Virus record (IMG/VR): IMGVR_UViG_3300037424_000925
Span: 1-62,443 of that record
Length of the DNA: 62,443 nt
From: a virus
Lineage: Duplodnaviria > Caudoviricetes
Reading direction: 5' to 3' (one strand)
Positions 9,128-17,900 of the stretch are shown one piece after another. Numbering within the stretch: the first letter of the stretch is position 1; every line of letters starts with the position of its first letter. The notes below the pieces were generated by a model. It made no database searches, was not told where the DNA came from, and worked only from the letters and a program-made list of their open reading frames with translations. Position numbers and translations under genes: made by a program.

Positions 9128-9919
9128 TTAATCTCTTGCGTTAGAATGCGATAGCTGATTGGCAGTTGTCCCAACGATATATTTCCCCGGTGGCACAATG
9201 ACATCAGGGTGCTGAATACCGTCAGCAGCTGTGTGGATTAGCGTGGTTGGTTCAGTGACAAAGTATTGCCCCCGATGATACAGCACCGGAAATTCAAAAT
9301 TATGATGTCCTGATCCCATTCTTTCATGAGCAAAAGCCGAATCCGGATAACTATTGCTATTTGCGGGTTTCAAGAGAAAATCTCCCTGCTGAATAACGTT
9401 TTTATCGGCCCCGATCCCCAGTTTTCTAAGCCGCTTGATGATATCGTTTGGATCACTCTCCATCCATCCCTGGGTTGCCGGTGCTCGATGGGTGTAAACA
9501 TGCCCAGAATCCCCGACAAATACGGCGAAACAGAACTTTTGAGATCCAGAGGCTTTCCAATTTTTCCAGTTTTTGCAATCAACCTCTCCACGAACATACA
9601 CAGCCTGATGATCGCCGGAGACAGCAACATCAACTGATCCAGTAGATATTGAGGCTTTTTCCTGGTATCCATAAGTTTCAAACCTTATTATTTTTACCGT
9701 TCGGGTTTCTTGATTGACAATAATATTCGGGAGCCAGTCCTTCGCAGAGGTCCAGTTTCCAGCGGGTGTTATGGTTTCAAAGTTGGTGAATGGTTTCAAC
9801 CAAGGCTGCATTGTGCGTTTTGCGATGTTTGCACAAAACTCCATGGTTTGGGCATCCATTGATTTCGATACTGGATACCCTGCTTTCATTGCGATTTTGT
9901 AATTCTGCAATTTTGTCAT
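9128..9919 (-). CDS. Hypothetical phage protein with QGD...GHH...H..H motif domain
   Basis: QQGDFLL, GSGHHN, LIHT..QHPD..VPPGKY; His-rich beta domain common in phages. Confidence 0.6.
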   Translation of the reverse strand: MTKLQNYKIAMKAGYPVSKSMDAQTMEFCANIAKRTMQPWLKPFTNFETITPAGNWTSAKDWLPNIIVNQETRTVKIIRFETYGYQEKASISTGSVDVAVSGDHQAVYVRGEVDCKNWKNWKASGSQKFCFAVFVGDSGHVYTHRAPATQGWMESDPNDIIKRLRKLGIGADKNVIQQGDFLLKPANSNSYPDSAFAHERMGSGHHNFEFPVLYHRGQYFVTEPTTLIHTAADGIQHPDVIVPPGKYIVGTTANQLSHSNARD

Positions 9920-10037
9920 AGGTTTTTCTCCTTTCATTTTATTTTTGTTAGGCTCATAAAAAAGCCCACGGGTGGAGGGTAAGTCCCGTAGGCTCTATAT
10001 AAGTCCAACGAAGTCCCCACAATGGGAACCCCTATTG

Positions 10038-11354
10038 TCAGACCCTCATGGGCATAACGAGAGCATGGTAACTCTCAAACCCCATGACAATGGGCTTGTT
10101 TCCCGTGTCGAACATGATGTGGAGGTCTTCACTTTCAATGGGCTTCATGGCATCAAGAATAAACTGGCCATTGAACCCAAACGTGACCTCCTCGCCATCA
10201 GGGTAATTCTTCGACTTTACAGGGATGGATATTTTCTGGTACTCTCCCTTCTCCGGATTGGTAAAATCAACATCAATCCCGCCATTGAACTTCAGCTTGA
10301 TTGAACTGTACTTTTCCCCGGTGATGGTCATGGCTTGCTGCAGTGGTGTCTCCATGTCAGCCTTTAGGATAGTCAGGCTTTTCTCGGGCTCCGATGGAAC
10401 AACAACTTTCCATGCCGGGAACCTGCTCTCCATCGCACGGATATACAGCATTCCACCTTTTTCTCCGAAAGGAACCGAAATCATGTGTCCGGCAGAGTTC
10501 ATCTGGATGTGGATAAGATCCTCATCCGCGAACAGTGCTTTGAACATTTTCACGGCGTCTATCGGGCAGGTGAACCCGCCAAGGCCTTCAGGCGAAACAA
10601 TATTCTCAGCATCCAGGCTCGACCAATGCAGCCTGTGCCCATCCGTTGCCACCGCGGCCAGGTTTTCCCGATCTTCCAGGTCAAAGTATATCCCCTTCAG
10701 ATTAAATCCCTGATCGTCCTTCTTTTGGGCAGCCATCGAGACATTCACCAAATTTTTCTTGGTGATGTTGATTGTCGTATCATGGCCGACCTCTTCATCG
10801 AAGGATGGGAACTCATCCACGTCGAACGTAGCCAGGCCCGTAAAATTCTGGCCTATCCGAACCCTGGGCGCTCCGGTCTTGAAAAGCAGACCGTCCTCGT
10901 CGCCCGTCCTGGTGATCTCCACTTCTTCATCGGTTAGGGATGATAAAATCTTTCCCAGATCCTTGGCGGAGATGCAGAATTTCTCGTTCCAGGAGCTTTC
11001 TTCTGTGGACGCGTTCTCGCAGGCTTCCAGGATTACTGTACGCATGGCAGGAACTGTGGCTTTTCCCGGAAAGGATATTCCATAGTCCTCGGCCAACTGC
11101 TTCAGCTGTGGCCCTTTCAGCCCGTCAATCCCGTCTTCCCCGATCACACCGTCAATGCCTTCAGCGGGCATCGTCCGTCCGTAATCGGAAATTTCCAGCG
11201 GAATCTTGACGGCCATCTCCAGGTCAGTCGCTATCAGCTTCTGTCCGGCGCCATCCAGTACAACGCAACTCAGGATAGGGAAATTTCCACCTTCCTTGGC
11301 TACCTTGGATGCAATCTTCACTGCCGCTGTTAAACTTTTCCTATTTATTTTCAT
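10038..11354 (-). CDS. dnaN: DNA polymerase III beta sliding clamp with N-terminal helical insertion
   Basis: PILSCV, ATDLE, AVATDGHRL, RFPAW..V.P, FGFN..FILD, LVMPMRV signature motifs. Confidence 0.9.
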   Translation of the reverse strand: MKINRKSLTAAVKIASKVAKEGGNFPILSCVVLDGAGQKLIATDLEMAVKIPLEISDYGRTMPAEGIDGVIGEDGIDGLKGPQLKQLAEDYGISFPGKATVPAMRTVILEACENASTEESSWNEKFCISAKDLGKILSSLTDEEVEITRTGDEDGLLFKTGAPRVRIGQNFTGLATFDVDEFPSFDEEVGHDTTINITKKNLVNVSMAAQKKDDQGFNLKGIYFDLEDRENLAAVATDGHRLHWSSLDAENIVSPEGLGGFTCPIDAVKMFKALFADEDLIHIQMNSAGHMISVPFGEKGGMLYIRAMESRFPAWKVVVPSEPEKSLTILKADMETPLQQAMTITGEKYSSIKLKFNGGIDVDFTNPEKGEYQKISIPVKSKNYPDGEEVTFGFNGQFILDAMKPIESEDLHIMFDTGNKPIVMGFESYHALVMPMRV

Positions 11355-11432
11355 AATGAACCCCTCCTTTGGGTTTGGTGATTTAAACCCTCCAGTATGG
11401 GCAGGAGCATTTTCCCGCCCACAATGCAGAGA

Positions 11433-11642
11433 TTAAACCCCGGCACGCTGGTAGTATTTCCCCCAAGAAGGCCTTTCGTTTACGGGGACATGCAGCGTTT
11501 CCTGGTTTACAGTGTCGATGATCCAGTAATGATTTCCTTCGGGCCATCTTTGGCCGTCCGTGGTTTTCCCGGTGATCCAAGCATCCCCAATTTGCAAGGA
11601 ATGAGCAATTTGCCGCATTTTATACTTCGATAATTTTCCCAT
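11433..11642 (-). CDS. Hypothetical protein
   Basis: GGAG RBS before MGKLSK. Confidence 0.5.
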   Translation of the reverse strand: MGKLSKYKMRQIAHSLQIGDAWITGKTTDGQRWPEGNHYWIIDTVNQETLHVPVNERPSWGKYYQRAGV

Positions 11643-11828
11643 CAGTGCTCCTATCCGTTGATTTAAGCCTTCCAGCATACGCCGGGACTTTCCCGGCGCA
11701 TAAGCAAGGTTTAATTTCTCCTGATAAAATATTGCCAAACATTCTTGACCATTTTTCGCCAACAGTCCCGATTGAGGAAGCCGCCGTATTCGTACCAGGT
11801 TTTCTTGGAAACGCGCTCTGATCTCATC

Positions 11829-11933
11829 TCAATCCCTGTTCCTTTTCCGGCTTTTCTTGGCCGCTTTGTTCGCCTTTTTTCTCGCCTTCCGGTATTCAGC
11901 CGTTACCGTTTTGTTCTCATCGAATTTCTTCAT
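11829..11933 (-). CDS. Arg/Lys-rich 34-aa peptide (MKKFDENKTVTAEYRKARKKANKAAKKSRKRNRD)
   Basis: Translated by hand; GGAGG RBS. Confidence 0.6.
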   Translation of the reverse strand: MKKFDENKTVTAEYRKARKKANKAAKKSRKRNRD

Positions 11934-12038
11934 GGTATTTCCTCCCGTTTTCTTATGGTTGAGCCAACACAACAACCGCCCCGATAAGCCCCATAGCCAT
12001 CAGGAAAACAAACTTCACCGTTTCCAGAAATGCTCGCA

Positions 12039-12257
12039 TTATTTCAGCCCCCATTTCTTGTTAAATTTCTTGTTGATTTTCTCAATCACTTCAAAAGTGG
12101 ATAGCCTTTTCGTGTTCCTTACCGTCCAGTTTCCATTTTTCTTGTGGTACGTGTAAGTCGTGTCGTACTTCGCCTTGGTTTTCTTGCTCCCAGCATCAGC
12201 CGACGGCGACCATAGCAAGGCACTCGCTATCACTGCCGATATCAAAATCTTTCTCAT
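12039..12257 (-). CDS. Small secreted basic protein
   Basis: Signal peptide MRKILISAVIASALLWSPSADA. Confidence 0.55.
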   Translation of the reverse strand: MRKILISAVIASALLWSPSADAGSKKTKAKYDTTYTYHKKNGNWTVRNTKRLSTFEVIEKINKKFNKKWGLK

Positions 12258-12594
12258 AGTTTTCTCCCTTTCCATGGGCGTAGGTGAATGCGCAATTCTT
12301 TAGGCTCACTTCCCATCCCATTTTCTCGGAGGAAGAAAAGCCAAAGCCCAAAGCCCACGCTCCACCCGCCATAACTTCCGGGTGATGTTTCTTGTCAAAC
12401 TCGATGAATTTATCGACTAACCACACATTCATGACTTTACCACACTTAGGATATCCGGAGATTTTCTCGATATCGTCATAGTCCGGGATGAATTTCTTGT
12501 AAATAGCGACAATGACATCCTGCTGATGGTCTTTTTCCTCGAACAGCGGTTCCAGGAGCTTTTTCATTTTTTTCTCGCTTAGATCATATTGCAT
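12196..12594 (-). CDS. Hypothetical protein
   Basis: GGAGG RBS before MQYDLS. Confidence 0.6.
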   Translation of the reverse strand: MQYDLSEKKMKKLLEPLFEEKDHQQDVIVAIYKKFIPDYDDIEKISGYPKCGKVMNVWLVDKFIEFDKKHHPEVMAGGAWALGFGFSSSEKMGWEVSLKNCAFTYAHGKGENYEKDFDIGSDSECLAMVAVG

Positions 12595-12643
12595 AATTTC
12601 CCCTCCATAGGCATAATTCACCCCGTTATTGGGGTTTCTACGC

Positions 12644-12677
12644 AAAAAAGGGGAGCCCGGTTTCCCGAACTCCCCCT
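12644..12677 (-). terminator. Intrinsic terminator with GAAA loop
   Basis: Minus strand GGGGAGTTCGG-GAAA-CCGGGCTCCCC-TTTTTT, with G.U pairs on minus strand. Confidence 0.75.
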
Positions 12678-12768
12678 TCCACCACGGGAGGCGATCAAAC
12701 ATACAAAAACCTATGTGAGAATTTCTCGTAAGACGTGGCCCATTTTCTGGCCCGCTGAATAGACACCC

Positions 12769-12975
12769 TCAAATCTCGAAGGCGACAATAGACGTGCTGT
12801 GAATTGCAGTAGTGCTGAAAGAATTTTCGCATGATTTCTCGCCTCCCCTTCCGTATATTTTGTAATGATCGTAAAATTCCCGCATGGTCTGGAGTTTGTC
12901 CATGTAGCCAAGCCTGTCGTCCTCGCGGATTTCCCGTAGTCCTTCCCGGAGATATTCTTCATCTTCTTTTTTCAT
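12769..12975 (-). CDS. Hypothetical protein
   Basis: GGAGGT RBS before MKKEDEE. Confidence 0.55.
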   Translation of the reverse strand: MKKEDEEYLREGLREIREDDRLGYMDKLQTMREFYDHYKIYGRGGEKSCENSFSTTAIHSTSIVAFEI

Positions 12976-13181
12976 GTTCACTACCTCCTGTTTTCTTTTA
13001 TCTATCATCATCCACATAAAGCCACAAGATTTCTTGTAGACTTATGTAGAGGAGGTCCGTTATGTTCCAAGGTGGACCAGCCCTGAGCCGTTATTTTTCC
13101 CGACGATCTTCAGCGGGTATTCATTATTTCATTTTTCTCGTAGCTCCAGGTTATCAGCCAGAAAACCTTTTTCTTATACCC

Positions 13182-13214
13182 AAAAAAGCCCGACCCGGTT
13201 TCCCAGGTCAGGCT
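13182..13214 (-). terminator. Intrinsic terminator with GAAA loop downstream of parB
   Basis: AGCCTGACCTGG-GAAA-CCGGGTCGGGCT-TTTTT. Confidence 0.75.
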
Positions 13215-13242
13215 ATATTTGTGATGGGCAATAGCGATTTTC

Positions 13243-14139
13243 CTACACGGCCACGGCCTCTTTGGGGGCGTTGATTTCCTTCTTCGCTTCAAAGGCAGCC
13301 AATTGCTCCAGGGTTTTCTCGGCAATCCGCTTCATGCTCTGGAAAGTCAGTTTCAATTTTCCCACATCCCGTTTCCGGGCGTTGATAACATTCGGATCAC
13401 CAACCCAGTCTTTCTCGTAACTGGCAATCATCTTCTCCAGTTTCTCACTCGCTTTTCTCGCCTTACTCAGCCCGCCATTTTCCCCAGCCTCTTTTTTGGC
13501 CTGTGCGAAAATATCACGCTGATTTTGTTTGTCCAGGTACGCCTGAATCGCCGCCAGCATTTGACTGGCTTTATTCTTGTCCTTCAGGCAGCTGTTGAAA
13601 ACGTGCATTTGTTGTTGGGCGCTCTCGAAGGAGGTCGCCAATTTTCTCGCCACGTCCTTTGATATTTTCCCGTCATCCACAAACTTATGGAGTTCAGGCG
13701 CCAGTCCGCACAATTCCAGGTCCGACTTGATCGTAGCGACACCAACCCCGTGAATTTTCGCGACACGATTGATAGACAGCCCATGCTCATCAACCGACCG
13801 CTGATAACTTCTCGCCCGATTCATGATGCTCAAATCTTCCCGGTTCGCATTCGCCATAAGCTGTTTTTCCCACACGTCCCGCTTGCTGATACCGTCATAC
13901 ACGAAGCACGGAATTTCCTGCAAGTTCGCCAGCATGGCAGCCTTGGTGCGCCGGTGGCCGTCGATCACCTGATACTCACCGTCAGGAACATTTTCCGGGG
14001 ACCAGACTGTTATCGCCTGATCGTCCATGAAACCGGCAGCTTTCATGCTGTCAGCCAGTTCCTCAATCCCCGTATAAATTTCTCGGGGTTGTTCTGGGTC
14101 CAGGTGGATCTTCGTCACTTCAATTTTTCTCGTTTCCAT
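13243..14139 (-). CDS. parB: ParB/RepB/Spo0J family protein (ParB CTPase domain + HTH)
   Basis: PEQPRE, IEELADSM, VIDGHRR, ANANREDLS followed by HTH. Confidence 0.85.
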   Translation of the reverse strand: METRKIEVTKIHLDPEQPREIYTGIEELADSMKAAGFMDDQAITVWSPENVPDGEYQVIDGHRRTKAAMLANLQEIPCFVYDGISKRDVWEKQLMANANREDLSIMNRARSYQRSVDEHGLSINRVAKIHGVGVATIKSDLELCGLAPELHKFVDDGKISKDVARKLATSFESAQQQMHVFNSCLKDKNKASQMLAAIQAYLDKQNQRDIFAQAKKEAGENGGLSKARKASEKLEKMIASYEKDWVGDPNVINARKRDVGKLKLTFQSMKRIAEKTLEQLAAFEAKKEINAPKEAVAV

Positions 14140-14266
14140 AGCATATCCCTCCCGTGATAGTTGTCGGCGTCTTATGACACCAGGCAGGGCAAGAAAGATA
14201 ATTTCTCGCTCTCCCTGCTACCACCGGATTTTCTCATCCGGTCAAAACACCGGACTCTATAACGCC

Positions 14267-14298
14267 AAAAGCCGACGCCCGATTTCTCGGAGTCGGCT
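14267..14298 (-). terminator. Terminator-like hairpin with GAAA loop
   Basis: AGCCGACTCCGA-GAAA-TCGGGCGTCGGCT-TTTGGCG. Confidence 0.6.
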
Positions 14299-14316
14299 GG
14301 CTGTAAGGTTTCTTTA

Positions 14317-14637
14317 TTATGATCCGAACGATAAGCGGAAAATTTTCACGCCTTCTTCAATAGGTAAAATTCTACCAGCAGTGCCTAATGCTAAAAGCGT
14401 ATTTTCTGATATTTCATGTATGTCTTCAAGAAAAATGTGTATGAAATCGCATGTTATTTGGATAGCTTCCTCAGCTTTTTCCAGAATTTCCTTCCATGTT
14501 GGAGATTCCAGGATGGGGCTAATGTAGTCCTTGCCTTTTCCTGTTCTATCCCAATATTCGTCGTAATCATGGATTAGCTTAATTTTTCCCGCCACAGCTA
14601 TTTCTGCATGTGGTTTGTTTGTGGCATCTATAACCAT
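14317..14637 (-). CDS. Hypothetical protein
   Basis: AGGAGG RBS, 106 aa. Confidence 0.65.
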   Translation of the reverse strand: MVIDATNKPHAEIAVAGKIKLIHDYDEYWDRTGKGKDYISPILESPTWKEILEKAEEAIQITCDFIHIFLEDIHEISENTLLALGTAGRILPIEEGVKIFRLSFGS

Positions 14638-14688
14638 TTTACTCCTCCTTTATATGGATTCGGATTTTCTCAGTAAGCTCATACCGCC

Positions 14689-14719
14689 AAAAGCCGACTC
14701 TGGATTTTCCAGGTCGGCT
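14689..14719 (-). terminator. Terminator-like hairpin, near-copy of the 14267 hairpin
   Basis: AGCCGACCTGGA-AAA-TCCAGAGTCGGCT-TTTGGCG. Confidence 0.6.
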
Positions 14720-14742
14720 CGTGGTGTTGGTGGATTTTCTTG

Positions 14743-14790
14743 CTACTTTTTCCGCAGGATGTAAACTTTCCCGTTTTTCTCGCGTCTCAT
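14743..14790 (-). CDS. 15-aa basic leader-like peptide MRREKNGKVYILRKK
   Basis: GGAGG RBS; ends just before a terminator hairpin. Confidence 0.35.
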   Translation of the reverse strand: MRREKNGKVYILRKK

Positions 14791-14939
14791 TATTCTATCC
14801 TCCAGTTTTCGTTATACCCAACCCCGCCCTCAAAGAATCAAGATTTTCTCACACAAGATTTTCCTGCATCGCCCAGATCGCTTATGTTTTCCCGAAGGTG
14901 TCCACTTTCTGAATTAGAATTTCTCATGCTTGAGAATTT

Positions 14940-15850
14940 CTCGCCCTTGAGGGCCAGATTTGATAGCCGACTGTTTTATGGCCCGTCGGCAATTAAGCCT
15001 ACTGCTATACTTCACCGCCCCCAATACTCCGGGGGCAGTTTTACTCATGTTCATACTTCGGTACTACAGAGTCGGAGGGACTCTATGATTCTATCAGTCT
15101 CCGTCCTTCCCAGGATAAGCAGTCTCAAAAACATCAATCGCACTTCTCAGTTAGTCAGTTCGGCAAGCATCATTGCTCAGGGCCATTGTAGTCTCTCTCA
15201 ACGGTAGCTCCGCCCAAGCTGGCAAGGCTGATGTATCAAAAGATACTCCGACCTATCGCTCCGCAAACCGTTCTTAACTTCCCAATCAGCACGGTATTTC
15301 AACCGCTATAGCTCCCAGTCCAAACATCAACCGAAAGAGCTTACTTTACGACGTAAGCCGCCGCCCCGTGGTGTGGAGGAACATCAGCCTTTTAAGACCG
15401 CAGGGCCGGGATAGGTGAATCCCGTCTGTTTACTCGCTCAGACCATGAGCGTCAGATTGCTTTGGCTTGACCGCAGGCATAACAGATAACCACGGGCAGG
15501 ACTTCTAACTCGTAGTGCAACCATACCCGAACTCCCGCAGGACGTTAGGCCACACTCAGCCTTGAGGGATAGCTGAAACCCCAGCATGAAAATTTATCAT
15601 GTCATGCCAACACGCCGCAGCTTCACTTAGCAAGAACAGGACTTGCGGGTCCATTGCCATAGTCCGCCTATTGGGTCCAACCAGCTCCATGCACGGACCA
15701 CACAGAACCGTGATCTCATTCGCAGCCTAAGCGACTCAGCTATTCATGGGCGGATTGCCAGTATGATCAGCTTCATCAGACCGCTATCGAGGTCAGTTAA
15801 GAGCGTAAGCCCTTAAAGATAGGCCCTGCCGGACAAGCCAGGGCGCATCA
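14940..15850 (-). ncRNA. Putative large structured non-coding RNA (family unknown)
   Basis: No convincing ORF over ~0.9 kb; more than a dozen short stems plus long-range helices; several A.C mismatches on + become G.U on -. Confidence 0.55.
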
Positions 15851-15858
15851 TCAAGAGT

Positions 15859-15948
15859 TTATGCGCGTTTCCGCAATATGGTCACAACCTTGCGGGTTGA
15901 ATGTATCTGTTTCGCAATCCGTATCCATTCCGCTTTCTTTTGTGTCAT
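15859..15948 (-). CDS. 29-aa basic peptide MTQKKAEWIRIAKQIHSTRKVVTILRKRA
   Basis: Translated by hand; GGGAGG RBS; lies between 18-bp array and putative ncRNA. Confidence 0.5.
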   Translation of the reverse strand: MTQKKAEWIRIAKQIHSTRKVVTILRKRA

Positions 15949-15965
15949 GATATCCCTCCCAGGAT

Positions 15966-16397
15966 TGAACGCCATTCGGTATATGAATGTTATTCAGATT
16001 ATGAACGGTATTTAGATAATGAATCGCATTCATATAATGAACGCTACTCACTTTGTGAACGCTATTCATCTCTTGAACGTGGTTCATAATCCGAACGTCA
16101 TTCAGTTAATGAACCTTACTTAGTTAGTGAACGCCATTCGCTTTGTGAACGTGGTTCACTTGCTGAACACCATTCGGTTACTGAATACCATTCGATTTAC
16201 GAACTCCATTCAGTTGCTGAACGCCATCCATCTACTGAACGTCATTCAGTCTCCGAATACCGTTCACTTGTCGAATAGTATTCAATGTCTGAATGCCCAT
16301 CAGTTATTGACCAGCTTTCAAATGTCGAATGCCTCTCGATTACTGAAAGTAAGTCACTTGTCGAATGGTATTCGGTTTACGAATACTGTTCACTTTT
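15966..16397. repeat. Tandem array of 24 x 18-bp units, consensus YGAAY-NNN-RTTCR-N5
   Basis: Exact 18-bp phase held for all 24 units; each has a 13-bp imperfect palindrome. Confidence 0.95.
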
Positions 16398-16585
16398 TAA
16401 ACCATGATATTTTAAAAACTCTCTTTCTATTCCTTTACATCTGGGAAGACTAAAAATATGTATAGGGGAAAAAATAAACTTCCCTTTCTTCTTCCCTTCT
16501 TCTTCTCTTTCACTTCCCTACACTTGGGAAAGGGGAAAATATGTACCCCTCAAAAAAAAAACTTTCAAACTTTTTCATTTTGTTC

Positions 16586-16614
16586 TTGACAAGCACATAT
16601 ACAAGCTGTATATT
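16586..16614 (+). promoter_or_regulatory. Sigma70-like rightward promoter
   Basis: TTGACA-N17-TATATT. Confidence 0.7.
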
Positions 16615-16650
16615 GTATCCAACATTAACATTAATCGGAGGGTATAGAAC

Positions 16651-16803
16651 ATGGGAAATTTAATACCGGGTCTTTTGTGTGTAAGTCTTTTGTGTCTTTT
16701 GTGGAGTATGATCAGGGGGATCAGAAAAATAGATCAGATCTTCTTTGAATTGACAGGAAAGGATGTATCCTTCTTTCGATTCTGGACATGGAAAAACATC
16801 TAA
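16651..16803 (+). CDS. 50-aa membrane peptide (MGNLIPGLLCVSLLCLLWSM...)
   Basis: Translated by hand; GGAGG RBS directly after promoter. Confidence 0.55.
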   Translation: MGNLIPGLLCVSLLCLLWSMIRGIRKIDQIFFELTGKDVSFFRFWTWKNI

Positions 16804-16861
16804 ACCAAAGGGGGGAAGGGAATATCCTTCCCCCTCTATTAAAGGAAAGGGGAAAGACACC

Positions 16862-17836
16862 ATGAGAACAAGCACATTGAAAAAAGATGGAATAGAAAAT
16901 GGAAAATGGGAAGGGAGAAGGGAAGTATCCGACCTTCTAAAAGAAGATAAACTTTTACGTGAATACCAAAGGATAATTGACACCGATAATGAATTTGAAC
17001 CACTTGAGTCGGCCATGGACAAAGAAGATGTACTCCAAACGAGAATCTTATATCTTCTGGAAAACAAAGAAAAGATGGATGTTTACAGGAAAGAAGATCC
17101 AAAGAGATGGACTAACAGCCTAAATTTTTACGTCAGAAAAAGAAGGATAAACACTTTCCAGAGTCGTGAAAAATTTATCAGCCTGTCAGATAACGACACC
17201 TCAGAAAATACTCTGGTATCCATTGACCATGATGCAGATCTTCAAAACTGGATTCTTTCCCAAAAAGATGCAGAGGGAAAGGAAATTTTTACGCCCAGGC
17301 AGAAAGAGATTCTTTCCTTGCGCTTTACAGGGGAAAAGCAAACCGATATCGCAAAACTTCTTGATACCGATCAAGGGAACCTTGCGCGCACTTTCAAAAC
17401 GATAGATAGCAAGCTGGCAAAACTTCCCATTAAAGAAATGGTATCTTCCACCTGGTACCAGGGAAAAGGGAATGATCTTCCTATGAGTAGGGTATGGGCA
17501 GCAAAATGTCAAGATACGAACAGACCACATATTCCATGCCCTTCTCTTCCCATCATTCCCTCTATTCCTTCTCTGCCAGGTATCGTATGGAACATGGGAA
17601 GTCTACGCTCTGGATGCTATACGTCTCACGTCAAGGCTCCAGTTCTGGATATCATGGGAAGAATAGGGAAGAGTAACTCTTTCGATGCAACAAAGAATCT
17701 CAAAGATATACAGGATAGAAGGGATGCAGAACACTTCCACTTCTATCAGAATGTCATTGACTGTTCCAGAGGAAATGTTGACCACTCTTTCAATCCATTT
17801 AGTGAAGAGTCTCAAAGAAGGAAGTGGAAGAAGTAA
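16862..17836 (+). CDS. Sigma-factor region 4/LuxR-like HTH protein with long C-terminal extension
   Basis: FTPRQKEILSLRFTGEKQTDIAKLLDTDQGNLARTFKTIDSKL. Confidence 0.65.
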   Translation: MRTSTLKKDGIENGKWEGRREVSDLLKEDKLLREYQRIIDTDNEFEPLESAMDKEDVLQTRILYLLENKEKMDVYRKEDPKRWTNSLNFYVRKRRINTFQSREKFISLSDNDTSENTLVSIDHDADLQNWILSQKDAEGKEIFTPRQKEILSLRFTGEKQTDIAKLLDTDQGNLARTFKTIDSKLAKLPIKEMVSSTWYQGKGNDLPMSRVWAAKCQDTNRPHIPCPSLPIIPSIPSLPGIVWNMGSLRSGCYTSHVKAPVLDIMGRIGKSNSFDATKNLKDIQDRRDAEHFHFYQNVIDCSRGNVDHSFNPFSEESQRRKWKK

Positions 17837-17865
17837 CTAATCCTCTTTACATCCCATCCACACAC

Positions 17866-17898
17866 AGGCCATAGCTTCCACAGTATGGCCTTTCCTTT
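17866..17898 (+). terminator. Intrinsic terminator
   Basis: AGGCCATA-gcttccacag-TATGGCCT-TTCCTTT. Confidence 0.65.
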
Positions 17899-17900
17899 GG

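Noticed and set aside
14740-15207. 155-aa plus-strand ORF over the putative ncRNA
   Set aside because: No RBS, Ser-rich unnatural composition, antisense to flanking operon
15765-15800. Hammerhead ribozyme core CTGATGA on minus strand
   Set aside because: No stem II followed by GAAA and no properly placed NUH site found
15966-16397. CRISPR or TIGR array interpretation of the 18-bp repeat
   Set aside because: Variable parts are only 3 and 5 nt, no 36-nt alternation, and no Cas1/2 or Nop-domain gene recognised
15851-16453. ORFs 16127-16453(+), 15901-16089(+), 15851-16087(-) with 6-aa periodicity
   Set aside because: By-products of an 18-bp palindromic repeat; each covers only part of the array and none has a clear RBS
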